A DNA stretch of 64,000 bases from Candidatus Latescibacterota bacterium (GTDB lineage Bacteria; Latescibacterota; UBA2968; UBA8231). A program made the position numbers and the translations under genes. The notes beneath the pieces were generated by a model. It did not search any database. It saw only the letters and a program-made list of their open reading frames with translations, and was not told the DNA's origin. The stretch spans positions 4,672,001 through 4,736,000 of the forward strand of contig CBDCDC010000002.1 in the NCBI GenBank assembly GCA_965215195.1. The letters are read 5' to 3'. This document shows, piece after piece, positions 57,048 through 64,000 of this stretch. The number at the start of each line of letters is the position of its first letter. Within the stretch, counting starts at the first letter, position 1.

Positions 57048-59333
57048 TCAGGCCGCTTGGGCGCTTTTGTCTTTTTCGCCCTCTTCGCTTTCGTACTCGG
57101 TGCCGCAGACCCGGCAGTACACGGCTGGGGTGCCCGAGCGGCTACTCTTTTCGTAAAGCAAGGCGGCGTCGCAATGCGTGCATTTGCGGTCTATGGGGCG
57201 GTCCCAACTGGCGAACTTGCACTGGGGATAGGTACTGCAACCAAAGAAGACCTTGCCCTTGCGCGACCGCTTCTCCGCGATCTGGCCCTCGCAGCCATCC
57301 TCTGGACATTGGATCCCGAGGACGTAGGGCTTGACGTTTTTGCAAGCTGGATAGCCGCTACAAGCCAAGAAGCGACCATAGCGACCCGTCTTGACGACCA
57401 TGGGCGCACTGCACTGATCGCAGGTCTCGTCGGTCTCCACCTCGCTTTGCTCTTCGAGGGGTTTGGTATTTTTGCACTTGGGATAACCAGAGCAGGCGAG
57501 GAAGCGGCCGTTGCGACCCCACTTGACGACCATGTCGGCCCCGCACTCTTCGCAGTCCTCGTCCGACGCCTCTTGCAGTGCCAGCTTTAGCTCTTTGCGG
57601 CGGTTGTTGGCCGCGTCTAAGTCGCCCTTCCACGAGTCGTAGAACTGCTGCACGATCGCCACCCAGTTGGTGCCCCCCTCCTCAACCTGATCGAGCTTGT
57701 CCTCCATGTTGGCCGTGAAAGCCACGTTGAAGAGGTGCGGAAAGGTATCGACGAGTAGTTTGTTGACGGTTTGGCCGCGCTCGGTGGCCACGAAGTAGCG
57801 GTTATCGACCTTTTCGACGTACTGGCGCTCGAGGATGGTAGTGATGATTTGCGCGTAGGTCGAGGGACGGCCAATGCCCTCGGACTCTAGTTGCTTGACG
57901 AGAGACGCCTCGGTAAAGCGCGGCGGTGGCTTGGTAAAGTGCTGCTCGGGCGCGATCTCCTCTAGCTTCAGCACCTCGCCTTGGGCAATGTCAGCGGGCA
58001 TTGAGTCGTCCTCTTCTTCCCCTTGGGCCATGCCGTTAGACACGGCCTTTGACTTGTCCTCTTCTTCCTTGCTCTCGCTGTAGAGCAGAGTAAAGCCCGG
58101 AAACTTGACGACGCTCCCCGTGGCGCGGAGCAAATAGGGGCCGGCCTCGACATTGGCCGTCGTGATGCTGAGCACCTGCGGCTTCATTTGCGAGGCCACG
58201 AATCGCTTCCAGATCAGGGAGTACACCCGCGCCTGATCCGGCTTGAGCAAGTGCTTGATCTCGTCTGGATGCAGGGCCACCGAGGTGGGGCGTATGGCCT
58301 CGTGGGCGTCTTGGGCACTGTTTTTGGTCCGGTAGTGCTTGGGCGTTTTGGGCACGTACTCGCGACCGTAGAGGGCGTCGATCCGCTCGCGCACTTCGGC
58401 GATGGCGTCGGCTGCAACGCGTACCGAATCCGTGCGCATATAGGTAATCAGGCCACGGGTCTCGCCCTCAACTTCAATGCCTTCGTATAGCTGCTGAGCT
58501 ACAGCCATGGTGCGCTTGACCGAAAAGCGCATCCGCCGAGCACATTCTTGCTGCAAGGTGCTGGTCGTGAAGGGCGGGGCCGGGCGACGCACTTGGTCGC
58601 GCTTCTTGACCTCTTTGACCGCTATATCCTGCGCGGCGAGCTCGGCGGCGATGCGAGCGGCCTGCTCCTGATTGACGATGTCGAGCTTCTCGCCGTCTTT
58701 GGCCAAAAGGCGCGCCCAGAACGAACCTCGGTTCTCGCGGCCCAAACGGGCCTCGATCGACCAGTACTCCTGAGAGTCGAATGCCTTGATCTCGCGGTCG
58801 CGCTCGCAGATTAGCCGCACGGCTACGGACTGCACCCGACCGGCTGAAAGACCGGAGTGTATGACCTTCCACAAGAGCGGGCTGATCTCGTAACCGACCA
58901 AGCGGTCGAGTACGCGCCGCGCCTGTTGGGCATCGATCTTGTGGAGGTCTAGTGCGCCCGAGTGCGCCAGCGACTCGCGCACGGCCTTGGGCGTGATCTC
59001 GTTGAAGAGGATCCGCTTGACGTCGTCGTCCTTGCGGGCGATGGCTTGGGCCACGTGCCAAGCAATGGCCTCGCCCTCGCGGTCGGGGTCAGTGGCCAAA
59101 TAAGTGGTATCGGCGGCTTGGGCTGCTTTGCGGAGGCCGCTGAGGATCTTGCCCTTGCCCCGAATCGTTACGTAGCGCGGCTTGAAGCCGTCTTCAATGT
59201 CGATGCCCAGCTCTTTCGGCGGCAGGTCCCGCACGTGCCCCATACAGGGTTTGACTACAAAATTTTTGCCTAAAATTTTGTTGATTGTCTTGGCCTTGGC
59301 CGGCGATTCGACAACCACCAATGATTTGCCCAT
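57048..59333 (-). CDS. topA: DNA topoisomerase I
   Basis: VESPAK, DPDREGE, SAGRVQ, ITYMRTD, GIGRPSTY, C-terminal Zn ribbons. Confidence 0.97.
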   Translation of the reverse strand: MGKSLVVVESPAKAKTINKILGKNFVVKPCMGHVRDLPPKELGIDIEDGFKPRYVTIRGKGKILSGLRKAAQAADTTYLATDPDREGEAIAWHVAQAIARKDDDVKRILFNEITPKAVRESLAHSGALDLHKIDAQQARRVLDRLVGYEISPLLWKVIHSGLSAGRVQSVAVRLICERDREIKAFDSQEYWSIEARLGRENRGSFWARLLAKDGEKLDIVNQEQAARIAAELAAQDIAVKEVKKRDQVRRPAPPFTTSTLQQECARRMRFSVKRTMAVAQQLYEGIEVEGETRGLITYMRTDSVRVAADAIAEVRERIDALYGREYVPKTPKHYRTKNSAQDAHEAIRPTSVALHPDEIKHLLKPDQARVYSLIWKRFVASQMKPQVLSITTANVEAGPYLLRATGSVVKFPGFTLLYSESKEEEDKSKAVSNGMAQGEEEDDSMPADIAQGEVLKLEEIAPEQHFTKPPPRFTEASLVKQLESEGIGRPSTYAQIITTILERQYVEKVDNRYFVATERGQTVNKLLVDTFPHLFNVAFTANMEDKLDQVEEGGTNWVAIVQQFYDSWKGDLDAANNRRKELKLALQEASDEDCEECGADMVVKWGRNGRFLACSGYPKCKNTKPLEEQSEVETDETCDQCSAPMVVKTGRYGRFLACSGYPACKNVKPYVLGIQCPEDGCEGQIAEKRSRKGKVFFGCSTYPQCKFASWDRPIDRKCTHCDAALLYEKSSRSGTPAVYCRVCGTEYESEEGEKDKSAQAA

Positions 59334-59492
59334 CTGCTCCCTCGGTTGATAGTACTGAAGCCGTAAGTTGTGTAATTTGCTGAATATATAGACGCCCTAA
59401 AACAACCGCAAGACGCGCTCTTGACAAACCAGAGCCGCTGCCTTTTTGTAACGCACTTGGTATTGCGCACTGCATTTTCTGGGGTTTGCACC

Positions 59493-60248
59493 TTGGTCCA
59501 CCGCAAGAAATTGAGCGAAATAGAGCACATTGCCGCTAGCTGCGAAATCGTCTGTGCCGTCCAGCAGAAGCTCGAAGCACTCGTCGCGCCTGGCGTCAGC
59601 ACCCTCGAGCTGGACCAAGTCGCCGAGACCGAAATCCGCTCCTTAGGGGCTGTGCCCGCCTTTAAGGGCTACCACGGCTTCCCCTACTCAATTTGCGCTT
59701 CAGTAAACTCCGCAATCGCGCATGGGTTCCCCGACAAAACCCCGCTGCAACAAGGCGACATCGTCAGCATTGACGTGGGTGCCCGCCTCAACGGCTACTA
59801 TGGCGACGGGGCCTTTACCGCCGCGGTCGGCGCGATCAGTGCGCCGGCCCAGCACCTCATCAAGGGCACTCTCGCCTGCCTCGCGCGGGGCATTGACCGA
59901 GCGCGATCCGGCGGGCGACTCTCCGACATCTCGCATGCCATCCAGTGCCACGCCGAGAGCCAAGGGCTGGCCGTAGTGCGCGAGTACGGGGGCCACGGCA
60001 TTGGCCGCGAGCTGCACGAGTCGCCCCATATCGACAACTATGGCCCACCCGGCAAAGGCCCTCGGCTCAAGCCTGGACACGTATTCTGCATCGAGCCGAT
60101 TCTCTGCCTGGGCAACCCCCAAATCGACCACCTTGACGACTGGACCACCCTTACCGCCGACCGCTCGCTCGCCGCCCACGCCGAGCACACCGTCGCCATT
60201 ACTGAGGACGGTCCGCGAATTCTGACCCTGCCCGCTGTGCTGGCATGA
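59493..60248 (+). CDS. map: Type I methionine aminopeptidase
   Basis: ICASVN...HG, DVG...GD, GHGIG...HE, IEP, HAEHT; TTG start inferred. Confidence 0.93.
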   Translation: MVHRKKLSEIEHIAASCEIVCAVQQKLEALVAPGVSTLELDQVAETEIRSLGAVPAFKGYHGFPYSICASVNSAIAHGFPDKTPLQQGDIVSIDVGARLNGYYGDGAFTAAVGAISAPAQHLIKGTLACLARGIDRARSGGRLSDISHAIQCHAESQGLAVVREYGGHGIGRELHESPHIDNYGPPGKGPRLKPGHVFCIEPILCLGNPQIDHLDDWTTLTADRSLAAHAEHTVAITEDGPRILTLPAVLA

Positions 60249-61003
60249 AGGTCACCTTCCTCGGCACCGGCACCTCCATTGGAGTGCCGCGCATCGGCTG
60301 CTACTGCCCGGTTTGTACCTCGGACGACCCGAAAAACAAGCGCTTGCGCTGCGCCTTACACCTAGCACATCAAGGTCGGTCCATCCTCGTAGATACCGGC
60401 CCGGATCTCAGAACCCAAGCCCTGCGCTATCGGATCGACCGCGTCGATTGCATACTGTTGACCCACGGCCACGCCGATCACTTGCACGGGCTCGACGACG
60501 TGCGCCCCTATTGCTTTGACCGCGACCAGCCGCTGCCCTGCTATGCAGATCCGCACACCATTGCACGCATCGAACGCGTCTTTGACTACGCCTTTGACAA
60601 AGACGCCCCCAGCGCGACGCCGCAGATTGCCCTGCGTCCGATTGCCGGGCCGTTCACGGCCTGTGGGCTCGCCATTGAGCCACTCACCATCTATCACGGC
60701 CGCGCCCCGGTCCTCGCCTTCCGCATCGGCGACTTCGCCTACGCCACGGACACCAACTACATCCCAGAGGCGGCCATGGCGCGGCTGCGCGGCCTAGAGG
60801 TCTTGGTCCTCGACGCACTGCGCCACAAAGAACATCCCACCCATTTCAACGTTGAGCAGGCGTTGGCCATTGTCGCCGAGCTCCGGCCCGCTCGCACGTA
60901 CTTCACGCATATAGCCCACGACCTCGACCACCAGCAGACCAATGCCGAGCTCCCCCTAGGCGTACAACTCGCCTACGACGGATTGGTGCTGGAGTTACAA
61001 TAA
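60245..61003 (+). CDS. MBL-fold metallo-hydrolase (PhnP/YcfH-neighbour type)
   Basis: FLGTGTS.GVP.IGC.C.VC, THGHADHLHG, FTHIAH, AYDG. Confidence 0.9.
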   Translation: MKVTFLGTGTSIGVPRIGCYCPVCTSDDPKNKRLRCALHLAHQGRSILVDTGPDLRTQALRYRIDRVDCILLTHGHADHLHGLDDVRPYCFDRDQPLPCYADPHTIARIERVFDYAFDKDAPSATPQIALRPIAGPFTACGLAIEPLTIYHGRAPVLAFRIGDFAYATDTNYIPEAAMARLRGLEVLVLDALRHKEHPTHFNVEQALAIVAELRPARTYFTHIAHDLDHQQTNAELPLGVQLAYDGLVLELQ

Positions 61004-61041
61004 AAAACGAGGACGCCGCCGGTCTCCCGACGACATCCTCG
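61002..61041 (-). terminator. Intrinsic terminator after nrdJ
   Basis: Minus strand reads CGAGGATGTCGTCGG-GAGA-CCGGCGGCGTCCTCG-TTTTTT (G-U pairs, GNRA loop). Confidence 0.8.
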
Positions 61042-61072
61042 CCTCAGGCAAAAAGCGCGGTCCGGCTTTAGT

Positions 61073-63391
61073 TCAACACTTGGACCACCCGCAGTGCTTG
61101 CACATCAGACAGCTACTCTCATACGCTACCGTCGCCCCGCACTCTGGACAGGTCGTCAGCGCCTTCGGCCCGCGGCTCTCGACGGAAGGGGTGACAGCAT
61201 CGTGCTGCTCGCCCGCCTTCCGCTGCAAATAGCGCTCCATCGCCTTGCCGATGGCATCGGGCGTGGACAAGATCAACTCGCCGCCTTCCCACACCGGAGT
61301 CGGGCCCGAAATGCCCTTTAACTGGCTGATGACTTCCTGCGGGTCAACCCCCGAGCGCAGGGCGAGCGAAATGAGCCGACTGATGGCCTCGGACTGGGCG
61401 GCCGCATTGCCGCCGGCCTTGCCGATGGTGCTAAAGACCTCGCAGACCCCGTACTCGTCTTCGTTGATCGTCACGTAGATCTTGCCCTCGCCGGTGTTGA
61501 TCCGCTCGGTAATGCCCGTGGTGACGGCCGGCCGGTGGCGGCGGTGGCGAAAGCCATCCGGCCCCAGAGAATCGGGGAGCTCCACAGCCGGGGCGGCTTG
61601 GCCTTCGGTCTGTAGAATGCCCTCGCGGCTGCCCTCGCGGTACACGGTCACTCCCTTGAGGCCCTCCTTGTACGCGGTGATGTAGATGTCGGCTACCGTC
61701 TCTAGCGCGATGTCTTCGGGCAGGTTGATCGTCGAAGAAATGCTGCTATCGGTGTACTTCTGGATCACGCCCTGCATCTTGACTCGGAAGTAGGGATCGA
61801 TTTCGTGGGCCGTCACGACGTAATCGGGCAGGTCCTCGTCGCCGCCGAAGACGCGCTGGACGAGCGGGTGATAGACCTTGTATTCGCGGAAACTCTCGCC
61901 GTCGTCCTGCTTTACCCGGCGGGTGTAGCTAGTGCAGAAGATCGGCTCAATCCCCGAACTGATCTGCGCCACAATCGAACCCGTGCCCACCGGCGGCATG
62001 GTAATCAAGGTGCTATTGCGCAGGCCGTGCGCGGCGATTTTCTCTTGCAGTGCTTGGGGCAGGTGCTGGATGAATTTGCTCTGCTTGATGCCCGCCCAGT
62101 CGAAAAGCGGAAAGGCCCCTTTCTCCCGGGCCAATTCGACGGACATCTCATAGGCGTTGTGGCAGATGGTGGCCATAATGCGGTCGATGATCGCTAGGGC
62201 CTCGTCCGAATCGTACTTGCTTTGCATCAGGACCAACGCGTCGGCCATGCCGGTGATGCCCAAACCCACTCGGCGATCAGAGGCTACGGCTTCGCGAATT
62301 TTGGGCAAGGCATGGTTGTCCACGTTGTAATCAATGACGTCGTCCAAAAAGCGGGTCGCCACGCCAGCGGCCTGCCCCAACGCCTCGTAGTCGAGCGCGC
62401 CATCGGCCCGGACGAAGCTCGCCAAATTGAGATTGCCTAGGTTGCAGGCCGTGTACGAGGCCAGCGGCTGCTCGCCGCAGGGATTGGTGCTGGTGAGCGG
62501 ATTGGCGTATTCGACGTTGTGATACTCGCGCATCGTGTCCCAAAAAATAATCCCCGGCTCGGCGCTGGCGTGGGCATTGGCGATGATCTTGTCCCACAGT
62601 AGGCGCGCCTTGACCGTGCGGAACACCTTGCCGTCCCAGCGCAAGTCAAAGTCCGAGTCGGCCAACACGGCTTGCATGAACTCGTGAGTAATTAGCACGC
62701 TGACGTTGGCGTACTGCACTTTGGTGCGGTTGGCGTCGTTTTTGATGGTGATGAAGTCTTCGATATCGGGATGATCGACCCGCAAGGTCAGCATCAGGGC
62801 ACCGCGACGGCCGGCTTGGGAGACGGCGTTGGTGCTCTCGGAGAGCAAGTTCATAAAGGCGGTGCAGCCCGGCGAGACATCCACCGTGGCATTGACCGAG
62901 GCCCCTTGGGGCCTGAGAATCGACAAATCCGTGCCGACGCCGCCGCCCGTGCGGTACACCATCGCCGACTCGCTCAGGCAGCGATAGATGCCCTCTAGGC
63001 TATCCTCTTCGATGGGAATGACATAGCAGTTGGACAGCGTCGGTTTGCGCCTCGCCTCGTCGCGGCCGGCACCGTGCATGACGCGCCCGCCGGGAATGAA
63101 CTTGAAGTCCATCAATAGCGAGAAGAAGCGGTCGTACCAGTATTGGGAATCCTCCTCCACCGAAGCCACGGCTCGGGCAATGCGGTCCCAGATGTGCAGC
63201 GGCCCGGTCTCGCCGGGGGCCAAGTACTTGTTGCGCAAAACGTCGATGGCGAGGTCGTTGTCCGCGTAATAGGTCTCGGCATCGGCGGCGCGGGCCAACA
63301 GAGCGTCGTGGCCGTTGCACTTGAAGCCGTGGCCTTCGAGTTGCGCCAACATATCTTCAAAGCGGTGTGCGACTGCGCGTTCGGACTCCAT
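61073..63391 (-). CDS. nrdJ: Adenosylcobalamin-dependent (class II) ribonucleotide reductase
   Basis: LSNC, RRGALM, TNPCGEQ, ACNLG, PVGT; C-terminal TSCPD-like domain (STPDA) and Zn ribbon; no nrdB adjacent. Confidence 0.9.
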   Translation of the reverse strand: MESERAVAHRFEDMLAQLEGHGFKCNGHDALLARAADAETYYADNDLAIDVLRNKYLAPGETGPLHIWDRIARAVASVEEDSQYWYDRFFSLLMDFKFIPGGRVMHGAGRDEARRKPTLSNCYVIPIEEDSLEGIYRCLSESAMVYRTGGGVGTDLSILRPQGASVNATVDVSPGCTAFMNLLSESTNAVSQAGRRGALMLTLRVDHPDIEDFITIKNDANRTKVQYANVSVLITHEFMQAVLADSDFDLRWDGKVFRTVKARLLWDKIIANAHASAEPGIIFWDTMREYHNVEYANPLTSTNPCGEQPLASYTACNLGNLNLASFVRADGALDYEALGQAAGVATRFLDDVIDYNVDNHALPKIREAVASDRRVGLGITGMADALVLMQSKYDSDEALAIIDRIMATICHNAYEMSVELAREKGAFPLFDWAGIKQSKFIQHLPQALQEKIAAHGLRNSTLITMPPVGTGSIVAQISSGIEPIFCTSYTRRVKQDDGESFREYKVYHPLVQRVFGGDEDLPDYVVTAHEIDPYFRVKMQGVIQKYTDSSISSTINLPEDIALETVADIYITAYKEGLKGVTVYREGSREGILQTEGQAAPAVELPDSLGPDGFRHRRHRPAVTTGITERINTGEGKIYVTINEDEYGVCEVFSTIGKAGGNAAAQSEAISRLISLALRSGVDPQEVISQLKGISGPTPVWEGGELILSTPDAIGKAMERYLQRKAGEQHDAVTPSVESRGPKALTTCPECGATVAYESSCLMCKHCGWSKC

Positions 63392-63489
63392 TGATGCCCT
63401 CCCTTTGAAGCAAAAAAGGTCCATAGGCGACGTGGTAAAACATCGCCAAAATTCGGGTTAACTAGCTGTTAGGATTAGAGAAAAGAACA

Positions 63490-63530
63490 AACGTATAGCC
63501 CTGAAATATACTATCTCAGGGCTATACGTT
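63490..63530 (-). terminator. Perfect 15-bp hairpin with U-rich tail in the nrdJ leader
   Basis: AACGTATAGCCCTGA-N11-TCAGGGCTATACGTT; followed on the minus strand by TGTTCTTTTCT. Confidence 0.6.
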
Positions 63531-63554
63531 CTTATGACATACAAGATATTGTGT
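63508..63554. promoter_or_regulatory. Tandem NrdR boxes
   Basis: ATACAAGATATTGTGT (63539-63554) matches acaCwAtATaTwGtgt; a degenerate copy lies 31 bp away (63508-63523). Confidence 0.75.
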
Positions 63555-63562
63555 CTGGCTTC

Positions 63563-63591
63563 AAAGTAGAAACAACGCACTTGTTTGTCAA
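63563..63591 (-). promoter_or_regulatory. Sigma70 promoter of nrdJ
   Basis: TTGACA-N17-TACTTT, the same hexamers as the tRNA promoter, directly upstream of the NrdR box. Confidence 0.72.
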
Positions 63592-63668
63592 GGTAAATTA
63601 TCTATCCAGCCAGAGCAATTTCTAATGCGCGAAAAACAGTGGGCCGAGGGGAGTTGGCTAACCACTAC

Positions 63669-64000
63669 TCAATTATTAGCCAATTGCTCCAATTCGCGCA
63701 TGAAATCGCTCTTGTCTTTGAACTGGCGATAGACCGAGGCAAAGCGCACATACGCCACGTCGTTGAGCTGGCGCAGGTGTTCCATGACGCGCTCGCCGAG
63801 CTGCTTGGAGGGAATTTCCTTCACGTTGAGACTGCCCACTTCGGCCTCAACCTGATCGACGAGCTGCTCAATCGCCTCGGCCGATATAGTCGTCTTATAA
63901 CAGGCTATCTGTATCTTGTCGAGCAGTTTGCTGCGATCGAAAGGCTCGCGCCGGCCGTCGGCCTTGACGACGGATAGGGGCACGTTTTCGATGTATTCAT
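63669..64000 (-). CDS. nrdR: Transcriptional repressor NrdR (5' end outside the window)
   Basis: VVKADGRREPFDRSKL ATP-cone and VAYVRFASVYRQF. Confidence 0.95.
   Translation of the reverse strand, partial: EYIENVPLSVVKADGRREPFDRSKLLDKIQIACYKTTISAEAIEQLVDQVEAEVGSLNVKEIPSKQLGERVMEHLRQLNDVAYVRFASVYRQFKDKSDFMRELEQLANN

Noticed and set aside
63464-63474. Third AGCTGTTAGGA matching the higBA-flanking repeat
   Set aside because: Only 11 bp with no further similarity; plausibly chance.
63392-63668. Cobalamin riboswitch upstream of nrdJ
   Set aside because: No B12-box or conserved core is seen; the region is explained by a promoter, NrdR boxes and a hairpin.
1-64000. CRISPR array, rRNA, prophage, DGR or retron
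   Set aside because: No regularly spaced repeats, rRNA-like sequence, phage structural genes or reverse transcriptase were seen.

Overview
GC-rich bacterial chromosomal window. Gene content suggests a diderm FCB-superphylum organism, probably Latescibacterota/Handelsmanbacteria-like and possibly host (sponge)-associated; this is inference only. 1-22.4 kb is a patchwork of catabolic enzymes, two toxin-antitoxin loci (one decayed), dapA, an intact IS701-family element with TIRs and a 5-bp TSD, and an orphan DUF1156-type DNA methyltransferase. 23.4-46.9 kb is a large, mostly tightly coupled cell-envelope locus of unknown function and the best candidate for an undescribed system. It encodes a PpiC/SurA-like lipoprotein, two paralogous ~900-aa putative outer-membrane barrel proteins with Asp-rich Ca-binding-like repeats, three paralogous secreted proteins ending in a FlgD-Ig-like domain and a conserved -AY C-terminus, two GT-C(ArnT/PMT)-TPR membrane proteins (one apparently lacking the catalytic loop), a separately promoted secreted protein with a C-terminal WGxIK motif, and two DUF6785-like polytopic membrane proteins. 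47-64 kb holds sugar-acid genes, tRNA-Leu and tRNA-Cys, thyA, xerC, topA, map, nrdJ and partial nrdR, with NrdR boxes and a terminator-like hairpin in the nrdJ leader. Also seen: three small TIR+TSD MITEs carrying REP-like palindromes, several pseudogenes broken by short internal deletions, and a strong CCWGG-to-CTWGG erosion signature. All calls come from reading motifs by eye; no database searches were run.
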